Shown here one piece after another: positions 19,436 through 30,500 of a stretch of 64,000 nucleotides of DNA. How positions within the stretch are numbered: position 1 is the first letter of the stretch; every line of letters starts with the position of its first letter. The stretch lies in assembly GCA_025455485.1 (NCBI GenBank), contig JALOMJ010000001.1:44746-108745 (forward strand), read 5' to 3'. The notes under the pieces are model-generated. The model made no database searches, was not told the origin of the DNA, and saw only the letters and a list, made by a program, of their open reading frames with translations. The position numbers and the translations under genes were made by a program. Source of the DNA: Bacteroidia bacterium (GTDB lineage Bacteria > Bacteroidota > Bacteroidia > B-17B0 > Aurantibacillaceae).

Positions 19436-20980
19436 ATGAATCCTATTAAACCTGAAGACGCCTTTAAGAACATCATCTCCCACAGTAAGGAGTATGGTTT
19501 TATTTTTCAGAGCAGTGAAATATATGACGGGTTAAGTGCTGTTTATGATTATGGTCAGCTGGGCGCTGAACTGAAGAAAAACATTCGCGAGTATTGGTGG
19601 CAAGCCATGGTTCAAATGCACAACAACATTGTGGGCATTGATGCCGCCATATTTATGCACCCCACAACCTGGAAGGCCAGCGGTCATGTGGACGCATTCA
19701 ACGACCCTTTAATTGATAATAAGGATAGTAAAAAACGCTACCGGGCCGATGTTTTAATTGAAGAGCACATCGGTAAGCTTGAAGATAAGATTGAGAAAGA
19801 AGTTGAAAAGGCAGCCAAACGTTTCGAGAATTTTGATGCAAACCTTTTTCGCAGCACGAATCAGCGCGTGCTCGATTACCAGAAAAAAATTGATGAGATT
19901 GAAGCCCGTTTTAAAAACGCCCTCAACGCAAATAATCTTGAAGAAGTAAAACAAATTATACTTGACCTTGAGATTGTTTGCCCTATCAGCGGCAGCCGAA
20001 ACTGGACAGACGTAAGGCAATTTAACCTAATGTTTAGCACCTCCATGGGTTCCGTTTCTGAAGATTCAAACACCATTTACCTTAGGCCGGAAACCGCACA
20101 GGGCATTTTTGTGAATTACCTCAACGTTCAAAAAACCGGGAGAATGAAAATCCCCTTTGGTATTGCACAAACCGGAAAGGCATTTCGGAATGAAATTGTG
20201 GCCCGTCAATTCATTTTTCGTATGCGGGAGTTTGAACAAATGGAGATGCAGTTTTTTGTGAAACCCGGCACTGAAATGGAATGGTATGCGTATTGGAAAA
20301 ACACGCGTTTAAACTGGCATCTTTCCCTTGGATTAGGGGCTGAAAAATACCGCTATCACGATCATGCAAAACTGGCGCATTATGCCAACGCGGCCTGCGA
20401 TATAGAACACCGTTTTCCGTTTGGATTCAAAGAACTGGAGGGTATACATTCCAGAACCGATTTTGACCTGAAACAGCACGAAACTTTCTCGGGAAAAAAA
20501 TTACAATACTTCGATCCGGAATTGAATCAAAGCTATGTGCCCTACGTTGTGGAAACTTCCGTTGGCCTCGACCGTTTGTTTTTAGCCATCCTGTCTTCGG
20601 CACTCAAAGAAGAAGCACTTGAAGGTGGCGATACCCGATCGGTTTTAAGTTTGCCCCCGGCGCTGGCACCTTATAAAGCGGCTATTTTTCCTTTAGTGAA
20701 AAAAGATGGCTTACCTGAATTGGCAGAATCCATTTACACTTCTCTGAAATTTGACTTTAATGTAGCCATCGACGAAAAGGATACGGTTGGAAAACGTTAC
20801 CGGCGACAGGATGCTATCGGAACACCCTATTGTATTACGGTTGACCATCAAAGCTTGGAGGATAAAACCGTTACGGTTCGTCATAGAGACACTATGCAGC
20901 AGGAACGAATTGCTATTAATGCCCTTTCGGACTTTCTACAGCAACGCGTTCACCTTAAAAGTTTGCTTAAAACCCTGTAA
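19436..20980 (+). CDS. glyQS: Glycine--tRNA ligase (alpha2 homodimeric type)
   Basis: Motifs YDYGQLG, WKASGHVDAF, LRPETAQGIF, GKAFRNEI, FRMREFEQME, GKRYRRQDAIGTP. Confidence 0.97.
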   Translation: MNPIKPEDAFKNIISHSKEYGFIFQSSEIYDGLSAVYDYGQLGAELKKNIREYWWQAMVQMHNNIVGIDAAIFMHPTTWKASGHVDAFNDPLIDNKDSKKRYRADVLIEEHIGKLEDKIEKEVEKAAKRFENFDANLFRSTNQRVLDYQKKIDEIEARFKNALNANNLEEVKQIILDLEIVCPISGSRNWTDVRQFNLMFSTSMGSVSEDSNTIYLRPETAQGIFVNYLNVQKTGRMKIPFGIAQTGKAFRNEIVARQFIFRMREFEQMEMQFFVKPGTEMEWYAYWKNTRLNWHLSLGLGAEKYRYHDHAKLAHYANAACDIEHRFPFGFKELEGIHSRTDFDLKQHETFSGKKLQYFDPELNQSYVPYVVETSVGLDRLFLAILSSALKEEALEGGDTRSVLSLPPALAPYKAAIFPLVKKDGLPELAESIYTSLKFDFNVAIDEKDTVGKRYRRQDAIGTPYCITVDHQSLEDKTVTVRHRDTMQQERIAINALSDFLQQRVHLKSLLKTL

Positions 20981-20991
20981 AGAACTCCGTT

Positions 20992-21387
20992 TTATATAAA
21001 CTGAGCAGAAATTTCGCTTGCGGTTAACTCAAATTCTTCTTTGCTAAATTTGAGTTTCTCGTTTTTAAAATCGCAATCGTTCATGGTATTCATCGGGATA
21101 AGGTGCACATGGGCATGAGGCACTTCGAGACCAATTACCTGCATTGACAAGCGCTTGCAGGGCACGGCCAATTTCACAGCTTTTGCTACTCTTTGAGTAA
21201 AGGCCATTAAAAGGAGGTATTCCTCCGTACTGAGATCAAATACATAATCGGTTTCTTTTTTTGGAATCACCAAGGTGTGTCCTTTTTTAAGTGGAAATAC
21301 ATCCAGAAAAGCCAGATGATCTTCGTCTTCGGCTATTTTATAACAGGGTATTTCACCTTGAACAATTCTGGAAAAAATACTTGCCAT
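20992..21387 (-). CDS. HIT family nucleotide hydrolase
   Basis: Motifs SIFSRIV.GEIP, GHTLVIPK and histidine triad HAHVH. Confidence 0.93.
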   Translation of the reverse strand: MASIFSRIVQGEIPCYKIAEDEDHLAFLDVFPLKKGHTLVIPKKETDYVFDLSTEEYLLLMAFTQRVAKAVKLAVPCKRLSMQVIGLEVPHAHVHLIPMNTMNDCDFKNEKLKFSKEEFELTASEISAQFI

Positions 21388-21390
21388 GCC

Positions 21391-21867
21391 TTAAATAGCA
21401 ATTAAGGTAATTTCGAATGTAACAGTTCCTGCAGGCACCTGCACATCGACCTTATCCCCTACTTTTTTTCCTAACAAGGCTTTTCCAATTGGACTGTCAA
21501 CGGATATTTTTCCACTCTTCAGGTCAGCTTCATTTTGTGCAACCAGTGTATATTTCATAATGGCCCCATTGCTGAGGTTTTTAATGCTTACGGTGGTAAG
21601 AATACTGGTTTTGCTTAGGTCAAGTTTTGTACTGTCAACAATTCGGGCATTGGCTATCACCTCTTCTAACTTGGCGATTTTCATTTCCAGCAAACCCTGT
21701 GCTTCTCGGGCTGCATCGTATTCGGCATTTTCGCTCAGATCACCCTTATCGCGGGCTTCTGCAATAGCCTGTGTGGCTGCTTTACGTTCTACAGTGCGCA
21801 ACTGATAAAGTTCGTCTTTTAATTTTTGTAAACCCTCTTCGGTGTAATACCCTATTTGCTGAGCCAT
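21391..21867 (-). CDS. greA: Transcription elongation factor GreA
   Basis: Motifs ARDKGDLSENAEYDAA and ISVDSPIGKALLG. Confidence 0.97.
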   Translation of the reverse strand: MAQQIGYYTEEGLQKLKDELYQLRTVERKAATQAIAEARDKGDLSENAEYDAAREAQGLLEMKIAKLEEVIANARIVDSTKLDLSKTSILTTVSIKNLSNGAIMKYTLVAQNEADLKSGKISVDSPIGKALLGKKVGDKVDVQVPAGTVTFEITLIAI

Positions 21868-21881
21868 TTTAGTGCTTTTTT

Positions 21882-21919
21882 AAAAACAAAGAATCCCGAA
21901 ACAATCGGGACCCTTTTTT
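21882..21919 (-). terminator. Probable terminator after the PorV-family gene
   Basis: TCCCGA-AACAA-TCGGGA stem flanked by A and T tracts. Confidence 0.5.
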
Positions 21920-21928
21920 AATACTAAT

Positions 21929-21936
21929 CAAAGATA
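21929..21936 (-). promoter_or_regulatory. -7 promoter element for greA
   Basis: TATCTTTG on the minus strand. Confidence 0.6.
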
Positions 21937-21943
21937 CTCTTTT

Positions 21944-23014
21944 TTAGAGATTGATTCTAAATCCGAAATTATGAATTCCGCTGAATGGGTTGGTAAAGCG
22001 GTAGGAATAATCAAAGCCGATCGTCGATTTTTTCTCATTGAAAGGTATTTCGAAGGTTACCCCCATTGCAGGTCCAGTGAACACGGTTCTGCGATTCTCT
22101 GCATTTAGACTGTTTTCTTCAAAATAATAGCCTCCACGGAACATTAACATTTCCTTCCAGGCGTATTCAACACCCAGCAAGTAATTGTCGTAAGTGAAGG
22201 AATTGGAGGTGAAATTACCATTTACTGAAAGGCGGTGTTCTTTGGACAAGCCGGTACTGTCTTTCGTCAGGTAAAAATCATACGCTAAGCCAATGTTTAC
22301 CAAAGCAGGAAGTTCGAATCCGTTCGAGCGGTTTTCAACTGTCATTTCATACGTACCGCTTCCTGATTCCACCTGGGTTTGAAGACTTAAACCATCGCCT
22401 TTGTAGCTCATTTTCGGACCCCAGTTTTTTAAGGCAATACCGATGTGAATATTGTCGTATTTACCGGTATGGTATTGTAAACCTGCATCAATGGCAATTC
22501 CTCTGGCATTAGCGTTTGGTATTTGCTCCGAAATGAGTTTCAGGTTGATCCCACCATAAATGTTATCCGAAAACATTTTAGCATAAGACATGCTGATGTT
22601 GTAAAATGTTGGTGTGTAAGATCCAAGTCCGCCTTCAGGCATTTCTTCGGTAGTAATTTCAATGTCGCCTGCATTAATGGCCACTACACCAAAACCGAAA
22701 GTGCCTGTTTCACCAATACCTTGCGTTAAGCCAAAGCTATTGATGTAAATATCGGTACCCTGTAACCAACTGGCGCGGTTAAACATGAGTTCTGTTTTAC
22801 GCGTAAATGCCGTTCCTGCTATGTTCAGAAACTGGGCTTCGAGTCCTCTGACACGGGCTGTGTTTGCACCTACCATTCCGGAATTTCGTGCGTAAGGATT
22901 AATGAGGAGCTGAGAGGCCCCTGCTTGTCCCATACGCTCGGGGTTACCGGCTTGTGATACCACTGTGGAAAGAAGTATAGCGGATAAGGTGATGTATTTT
23001 AAATTTCTATTCAT
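21944..23014 (-). CDS. PorV/PorQ family outer-membrane beta-barrel (T9SS shuttle paralog)
   Basis: Signal peptide; GQAGASQLLINPYAR..G and NIAG (variants of the FadL/PorV FLxI...AR..G...NPAG pattern); DAGLQY; ends HNFGFRINL. Start set at ATG 23014. Confidence 0.82.
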   Translation of the reverse strand: MNRNLKYITLSAILLSTVVSQAGNPERMGQAGASQLLINPYARNSGMVGANTARVRGLEAQFLNIAGTAFTRKTELMFNRASWLQGTDIYINSFGLTQGIGETGTFGFGVVAINAGDIEITTEEMPEGGLGSYTPTFYNISMSYAKMFSDNIYGGINLKLISEQIPNANARGIAIDAGLQYHTGKYDNIHIGIALKNWGPKMSYKGDGLSLQTQVESGSGTYEMTVENRSNGFELPALVNIGLAYDFYLTKDSTGLSKEHRLSVNGNFTSNSFTYDNYLLGVEYAWKEMLMFRGGYYFEENSLNAENRRTVFTGPAMGVTFEIPFNEKKSTIGFDYSYRFTNPFSGIHNFGFRINL

Positions 23015-23034
23015 AATATCTTCTCTAAAACAGT

Positions 23035-26000
23035 TTAATAATTTTGAACGTCGAGCGGTCGCATGATGCCGAACCATTTAATGATTTTCTCACCGATGTT
23101 TGGTGCATCAACGTGGAAAATATACAACCCGCTGGCTACAGCGATGTTGTTTTGGTTTTTTAAATCCCACTCTTCATAAGGCACACGTTTAGATTTTTTT
23201 GTATCCGAGCCAGTAACGTACAGATCTTCCTGACCGGTGACATCGCGCTTGATTGTTCGCACCAAAGTACCATTCATGGTGAAAATCTTCACAGTGCATT
23301 TATTTGGCAGATTGGTTATTCGCACTCTGTTGTCGGTTCTGTTCACCTCATACGTAGAACTTCCGTAGTATGGGTTTGGTACAATTTTTATGAGGTCGAG
23401 TGCATTTTCAAGTGTGGTTGACTGGTTGTAGAGGGTATAAATATCACTAGTGTTAAAGCTATAAAGCGGGAAATTATTATTTGTTGGACTAGCTTTAACT
23501 GCAGTAGTAAGAATGGATGGATTATTTACACTCACCAATTTATTTAGGGAAGCATAAGGCTGGTTGGTTTGAATATTCGCCACACCATTAAATCCGTAGC
23601 GGTAAGGTTTAGCTACGTTGATCTGCACCCTGACATCCGATGGTAAATTCTCCGGGTTTTTGAAGAGGAAGTTGTTATTCACAGTTGGCATGCTCACCCA
23701 CATAATGTCCCGCTCAAGAGCATTGAAAGGTGCTAAACCGTTTCCATTCATTCCTGAAGGTTTTGATTTAACTTCCGTGGTGAAATAATTCAATAAGGTA
23801 AACATGGCTCTTGCGCCTGCATCGTAGGTACCAACACCAGCTAACTGGCCGTTAAATTCATTTTCCCAGTCAAAAATAGGTGTGGGGTTTTGGTAGAACT
23901 TGGTGTTAACACAATTACCGCCAAACACATAGATAAAATGTTTACCGCCAAACGCATAAGGATAAGGGTAATTTATGCTTGAGGTTGGGTTCCACATCAT
24001 ATCGTCTCCATTATTTTCTTTTTGGTAGGAATCCTCGCCAAAGGCCATATTTAAACGCTCTCCGGTTTCGATGTTAATGGCATAACCCGGAAACCAACCC
24101 ATACCAACCGTTGAAGTCAGATTTGCCTCAGCGGTTACGCAACCCGGCGAACCGAGCGCAACACCTTGTTTATCAACAGAGGCCTGGTTTCTGTAGGAGA
24201 AGAAAATTGCATTGCCAACGCTGAGTTGCGATTTTTCTTGCATTTCAAGCACGGGGCAACGGGTCCATTTGTTTTTATCTTTGGTAAGCACCACCAAAAC
24301 AGAGTTTAACTTTCTGAGGTCGGTATTTCCTCCGCTTGGAGAACTGCTTGTGTTTTGGGAGGCAAAATCGCTTGACAGTTTAGTGTCTTGTGCCCAAGCC
24401 TTTCCGTTAAAACCAGGTCCGCAGAAAATACGGGCAGGATTACCACCCGAACTCGGGAATACCGAGTAATACGATGCACAAAGTGGATAAGGCGCCCAGG
24501 TGCCGCCTAAAATGTCTCCGTATTGTTTAGCTGGGTCGTAGAATGCCTGAACCTCCGTACCTTCTTTATCATAGAAGGCGTCTTCAAAATTTTCAGTTTT
24601 TGAACTACCGGATAAAATCCAGTTGAAAGGAGTTTCACCGTCAATATCCGGGATAGAATTTAACCAATTCCCTGCTCCGTTTTCATAGGTAATGCTTGCT
24701 CCAATAAATGAACCTTCAGCAGGACCCTGGTATTCGGAAGTTAAACTTAAAAACTCGGTGAATTTATTTACCTCTTCACCCGGATCTGCAACCTGAGTTA
24801 CTTTTATAGAAAAGCCCAGATCCTGGAAGAAATATTCATTACCAATTCGAATGCTTTGGTACAAACTATCAGAGTAAAACGCTGAATTTGGATCATTGCT
24901 TGGTGTTGGCTGATTTGGGTGATACTTAACACCGGATCGTTTATCTGTTAATTCCCAACTGCAATTATCAGCATTTAGAGTACCAATGGTGCCGGTATAC
25001 GTTTGTGGTCCACCAACTACAGAATTACTTGGGCTAGGGAACATGGCATTTTCGCCTTGAGTTGGCGTTTTGCCATCGCTCAATTTTGCTCTGTCTACCA
25101 CATTGTGAATGAACTTAAATTCAAAATCAGAATTTTTAACATTCAAAGGATCTACCACTTTAATACTTACAGGTCCCTGAGCATTTTCATAGGTAATTTG
25201 TTCAACAAAGGTTCCGGTGACAATAGCATTCTCTGATTCCCTGGTTAAGGTGAGCAAATTTCCACCATTGCCCTGACCTTCCAGGCGGGTAACTTTTGGG
25301 CCAAATCCATAAACGGACTGCATAACGGTTCCTCCTTTTTCGTTATCAACGATATGAGGAATACCAGCCCCCTTCTTTAGTTTACGGCCTTCCAAATAAG
25401 GCTTTTTCTGACCAAGATAATTTTCAGCAGGATTGCTTGCCGGAGAAACGTCTTGTGCATAAGGCAAATACTGGTTCCAGGCATACGCTACAGCAACAAA
25501 ATAATAGGTTTTATTGTTGATTAGGGCGCGATTTTCAGTAGTGGAAAACGCATCTTCGGTAACCCTGAATGTGCTGGTAATACCTTGATTGGCGCCGTCT
25601 ACCTTAACCACAGGAACTAAAGCTCCAATTAAATTATCGGTTTCATAATTCACAATGCGGCTCACGTTGTTTTTAACATCACATTGAAAAATAGGTATGG
25701 CTTTTGTTCTATCGGATAAATCAGTAGACGATACGTTTTCAGATTTCACCTGATAAACAATATACCCCTCGAAATAATAATTTTTATCTGGGTTTCTCAA
25801 TTCAGGAATTGAAGACGTAGGGTCTTCTAAAATTGAAATGTCTTCTTCTTTGTAATCATTATTAAATTGTTTGTAGTTGTTAGACTTTCCTTTTTGGTTA
25901 GAGAGGTAAATGATTAACTCATTGTCCAATTCCTGAATGGTTAAATCAGGGGCTTCCGGTCCATCGAGCAATTTAAAACAATTGTCGAACAAGGCCTGTG

Positions 26001-27501
26001 CTTTATCATCTGCACTCCACAACAATTCTATGGATTCTATATTGCCGCCTTTCGTAGGGCTTTGTGCCCATGGCATTCCAAAGGTAATTTCGTTTACAGC
26101 ACCCGGCTTTAATGTGAAGGGGCCGGCTGATTGAAGAAAACGGCGGTCGCCTGGAAGGTTACCTGAAGCTTTTTCTGTCCAACCTGTGCCTGCAACGGGG
26201 TCACCATCGTAAACAAAGGTGGCGGGTTGTGTGCCACCATAAGCATTACCACCAAAAGTAAAGGGAGAGCCGTCTTTCCAAAACCCGGTCATGTAATTGT
26301 AATAATGTATGGCAATATCCGGATTTGTGGTTTGAGATGGGAAAGCCCCGATATTATTATTGTAATAAGTAAAACGGGACATTTGAATGGTTTCACCCGG
26401 TTCGTCGATAGTTCCGTCAAAGTCATTATCAATTTTATCATTAGCATCTGCCAAAGGACCTTTAAAAAAATCGCAACCTAAGGCAGGAGGAAAATCCTGA
26501 TAACCATTCACACCACCAAAGGTCTCATCAAAAGGATCTGCATTATAGATATAACCTAAACCTCTGGTAACATCACAACCCACATAATCATCCAAATAAT
26601 AACCAAGATCCGGGTCATTCCATACTGTAAAATAGGTTTGTTTCACTTCAAATGAAGAACGGTTGATGACCTCATAAGAATAGAAGGTCATGTTATTGAT
26701 TTCATCATTGGTTTTGAAACCAAATGCCTGAGCTCTCACCTCTACGCCAATTGGCACACCCTGGGTTTCTGTGTGAATGCCGCCATTATCGTTAAACACC
26801 CAAAACAAGGTTTGGTCGCCATAAAGTTTAGTTTTACAAAATCCGAGATTATCTTTTTCTGCTCTGTTCTCCACATCGTATGCAGGGTAATCGCCTCCAG
26901 TTTCAGGATCGTAAAAACCATCGCCGTTAATGTCTACGTAAGGTGCCAAACGACGACCCTGACGCTTCGTTACATCACCATTGCCCGGCCAGTTTAAAAT
27001 GCCTGAAGTTTTCGCTCCTGTAGTCACATAATTATCCACCTCAAGGCGGGTAATCGAAAAAATTTGATCGTACTTCAAACATTCAGCAGGGTCGGCTGCT
27101 GAATTGGTTGTATCCAGTGGGCCGGGCCAGAAATCAATACCGTTCTGACGGTAGGTCATGGCGGCCACTTTTAATTGTCCGCCGGCATCCAACCCTCCTA
27201 ACCAGATTGAGCCACCAAAACAAGAGGATACACCAACGTTACGGTTGCTTACAGCCGGCACGTAATAATATGCGTTTCCATTTCCGTTAAGGTCCCACCA
27301 CATGTCGCCACCACTGTAAATGATGGTACGTACGTTGTTAACCCATAGCTCACGGCTGGCTTTTGGAGCCGCACAGTTGGCCATAATTTTGCCACCCAGG
27401 TTGGAAGAGCCGGATGATTTTTGCTCTCCTGCTGCTTTTTCACGTGCCGAAACCGGAAGTGCAAAAAGAGCTGCGATGATGATGATACTGATTCGTTTCA
27501 T
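23035..27501 (-). CDS. Large secreted protein with a T9SS-type (FlgD-Ig-like) C-terminal domain
   Basis: Signal peptide; Ca-binding-like motifs VDINGDGFYDP and DKIDNDFDGTIDE; FN3-like segments PEAPDL..FEGYIVYQ and TYYFVAVAY; C-terminal domain IKIVPNPYY...WDLKNQNNIAVASGLYIFHV. Confidence 0.82.
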   Translation of the reverse strand: MKRISIIIIAALFALPVSAREKAAGEQKSSGSSNLGGKIMANCAAPKASRELWVNNVRTIIYSGGDMWWDLNGNGNAYYYVPAVSNRNVGVSSCFGGSIWLGGLDAGGQLKVAAMTYRQNGIDFWPGPLDTTNSAADPAECLKYDQIFSITRLEVDNYVTTGAKTSGILNWPGNGDVTKRQGRRLAPYVDINGDGFYDPETGGDYPAYDVENRAEKDNLGFCKTKLYGDQTLFWVFNDNGGIHTETQGVPIGVEVRAQAFGFKTNDEINNMTFYSYEVINRSSFEVKQTYFTVWNDPDLGYYLDDYVGCDVTRGLGYIYNADPFDETFGGVNGYQDFPPALGCDFFKGPLADANDKIDNDFDGTIDEPGETIQMSRFTYYNNNIGAFPSQTTNPDIAIHYYNYMTGFWKDGSPFTFGGNAYGGTQPATFVYDGDPVAGTGWTEKASGNLPGDRRFLQSAGPFTLKPGAVNEITFGMPWAQSPTKGGNIESIELLWSADDKAQALFDNCFKLLDGPEAPDLTIQELDNELIIYLSNQKGKSNNYKQFNNDYKEEDISILEDPTSSIPELRNPDKNYYFEGYIVYQVKSENVSSTDLSDRTKAIPIFQCDVKNNVSRIVNYETDNLIGALVPVVKVDGANQGITSTFRVTEDAFSTTENRALINNKTYYFVAVAYAWNQYLPYAQDVSPASNPAENYLGQKKPYLEGRKLKKGAGIPHIVDNEKGGTVMQSVYGFGPKVTRLEGQGNGGNLLTLTRESENAIVTGTFVEQITYENAQGPVSIKVVDPLNVKNSDFEFKFIHNVVDRAKLSDGKTPTQGENAMFPSPSNSVVGGPQTYTGTIGTLNADNCSWELTDKRSGVKYHPNQPTPSNDPNSAFYSDSLYQSIRIGNEYFFQDLGFSIKVTQVADPGEEVNKFTEFLSLTSEYQGPAEGSFIGASITYENGAGNWLNSIPDIDGETPFNWILSGSSKTENFEDAFYDKEGTEVQAFYDPAKQYGDILGGTWAPYPLCASYYSVFPSSGGNPARIFCGPGFNGKAWAQDTKLSSDFASQNTSSSPSGGNTDLRKLNSVLVVLTKDKNKWTRCPVLEMQEKSQLSVGNAIFFSYRNQASVDKQGVALGSPGCVTAEANLTSTVGMGWFPGYAINIETGERLNMAFGEDSYQKENNGDDMMWNPTSSINYPYPYAFGGKHFIYVFGGNCVNTKFYQNPTPIFDWENEFNGQLAGVGTYDAGARAMFTLLNYFTTEVKSKPSGMNGNGLAPFNALERDIMWVSMPTVNNNFLFKNPENLPSDVRVQINVAKPYRYGFNGVANIQTNQPYASLNKLVSVNNPSILTTAVKASPTNNNFPLYSFNTSDIYTLYNQSTTLENALDLIKIVPNPYYGSSTYEVNRTDNRVRITNLPNKCTVKIFTMNGTLVRTIKRDVTGQEDLYVTGSDTKKSKRVPYEEWDLKNQNNIAVASGLYIFHVDAPNIGEKIIKWFGIMRPLDVQNY

Positions 27502-27524
27502 GGTATGTAGTTCTTTATCAGTGA

Positions 27525-30500
27525 TTAGAATTCAAATAATAATCCAATACGGATTTGACGGGGTGTATTATAGTTATTCGGGTTGTTCATACGAATAGAG
27601 TATAAATCAATAAAGGAGGCTGCATTGTTGGCTTGTGCAATAGCCGCCTGGGCTTGTGTAGAGGATAAATAGCCGTCGTCATCAGGTTCACCAGTGTAGT
27701 TGTAAACGTTTAACACGTTGCGGGTGTTGAATAAGTTAAGCACCTGCAAATACACGTTTAAGTTAGCGTGTTTTCTGCTGTCCGATTCTTCTCTGCCCCA
27801 AGTTAAGTCAATGTTTTTGTCAATACGCAGGTTGGTTCTGAAGTTCCAGGGTTTAGATGAGCCGTTGATTTGTCCTTCGATGTTAGAACGCGCATTGCCG
27901 CCTTGTGTAGGCACTGCTGTACTCCAACGGGTGTATGGCGTACCAGAGCCGAGTAAAAATGACAGGTTAAAGCCAACATCTTCGAATACGTTGATTTTTT
28001 TATCGTTTTTACGTGTGATGGTCCAGCCCTTGTAATCTTTTTTACGACCAAAACGGTAATCGTAATTTAATACAAAACTGTGGCGTTGATCAAAATCAAG
28101 TGGTTGCAACACCCTCAAGTTCGGCTGACCGCTACTGGCCAGGTTAGCACCTGAGTTAACGTTTGAGCCGGAACCTTCCGCAAATTGAAGGGTGTAGTTA
28201 AAGTTGATGCGGGAACCGCCGGTTCTTCTGAAATCAAAAACTGCTGATAGACCTTTTACCGTTGAAAAGTCGATGTTATCAAACATGATGTAATTTTTAG
28301 GATACGCACCTACCACAGTTCTTTGGTTGATTTGATTACGGAATTCTTTATAGAATGCACTGATAGAAAGCGAGGCGTTTTTTCTTTCGTTTAAAACTTG
28401 TGAGAAACCAAACTCATAATCAATTGTACGCTGCATTCTTTGATTTGGGTTAGTGATAACCGGTGAGGTGGATGTAGCATTCAGGTAGTAATATTCCAGA
28501 GGTTGAATTACGGAGTTGGTTGGGCGTTGCACCAAAACATCATAATGCGCAAAAAAGTTAGCCACGTCAGAGATTGGGAAAGAGAAACCCAAACGGGGTT
28601 GTGGAATGATTTCTGCTTTGTAAGCCGTGAAGCCGCCTACTGACATGTTTTTTTCATAGTTCGCAAAATCCTTGTACAATGGAATAGGTCGACCGTCGGA
28701 AGAATAAATCAAACTTGGGTCGGATATTTCAGCACCCTCTGCATTGTACCATCTGTCGCCCTCGCGGTAGCCGAGAATTTCGCCGGGAGAACGTCCCCCT
28801 GCAGGGTTTTGAGACACATACACGGCTGCATCTTCAGAAATATTGCCCGGAATGTTGTCGGTGAAACCGGAAGGAAGATTTTCCAACGAATTTAAATCGC
28901 TAACGCTGGCCAGTTCGTGCAAAGCATACTTATCTTTTAATACCGGCTGGTTGGCATCGTAACGGTCGATACGCAGACCCACCAAAAATTTAATGTCTTT
29001 AAAGTCAAATTTATCCATGATGTAGGCTGCGGCATACACCGGTTTAAATGTGCCGATGGTAAAGAGGTTACGGCCATTTTCGTCTTTGTCGTTCAAAAAC
29101 TTATCGATGGATGTAGTTTGTTTGGAATCTTCTGATTTTTCGCCGTCGTGACGAAAACCACTGTAAGCCACCAGGTTGGCATCTCCTGTCGTACCCAGCA
29201 AATCCTCTGCGCTAAACATGTCCATACTAAATGTGGATGGATCCATGGCATCGGTATTTACAAATCCGGTGTAGTCTTTTGGAAGCCCCATTTTTTCGAG
29301 TAATTTCTCAGAGAACTGGGTTTGTTTGTCTTCCTGATAGAGGTAATTGAAGTAATAATAAGGAATCAGTCCTGAAAATTCATCATTTCGAATAGGTGTC
29401 GATAAATCCAATTCTCTGGTATGGTCGTTTGCAATCAAACGCATGCGGGTCCAAAGTGCAGTAGCTGCTAAGCCATAGGAGCTAACAAACCGCTGATCCA
29501 ATTCGAAACCTACGGATAAGGCGTGCTTTTTTACGTCGGTATTAAAACTGGTGGCAATACGAAACGTATTGGATTGCGACTTGTTGTAACCGGCCGGGTA
29601 GGTTCCAAAGTTAAAATACAAATCGTTGTAAATGGTACCTGGTCTTCCGCCATTTAATACACCATTGTTACCCTGAATGTAATTCATGGATACCTGATTT
29701 GGGTTAGACTGACTGATTAAGTTGGTTGTAAACAAGGCCGCATCCGGATTTAAATCGCTGGCGGTAAACTTCACCGGCAACTCTTGACGACCGGTGTAAG
29801 TGTAAGCATTCACGGCTTGCCCATTCACATTATAATCGGGAGTAAATTCATAATTGTAGGCAAAATTCTCGTCAAGGAAGGTTCTGTCAAAATTCCCAAC
29901 GTAGCCGTATTTAAATACTTCATCCCTGTGAAAAGGACTTTCTGTTCTTGCATTAATGCCTTCGTAGCTCATCAAAAACTTGAAGTAAGAGTTGGAAAGC
30001 AGAGATTGGGTTTTTTCTTTGTTGGCATTAGGGTTACCAAATTTTTGAGTCAAGGAAATTTGTCCGCGATAAGTTGTGGAGGTTGATTTGGAGTGGTTAG
30101 GTGAGTTAAACACCTGACTTAAAGAAGAGTAATTGAACCCATCGCTGTAATCGTAAAAGCCACCCAAAGAGATGATGGTGTTGTTAGTTGGTTGATAATC
30201 CAATTTACCATTAATAGCCAATGAACGCACGGCAGAATTCGGACGGTACTTTTGGGTATACATGTCTTCTTTGGTTACAAACTCAGATGAGCGTATAAAA
30301 CCAGAACCCGATGGTGATGGCACCAAAGGTTGATTTTTTAATTCATTCAATTTTTCGTCTTCCAGAATATAAATGTCTACAAACGGAGGACGTGGTTCTT
30401 TAATGTAATTACCCTGACCAGAAATGAAAAACCCTAATACGGTGCGTTCGGAAATGGAATCGCGTTTTTTAAGGATGGGCCCGCCAAAACTAAAACCAAG

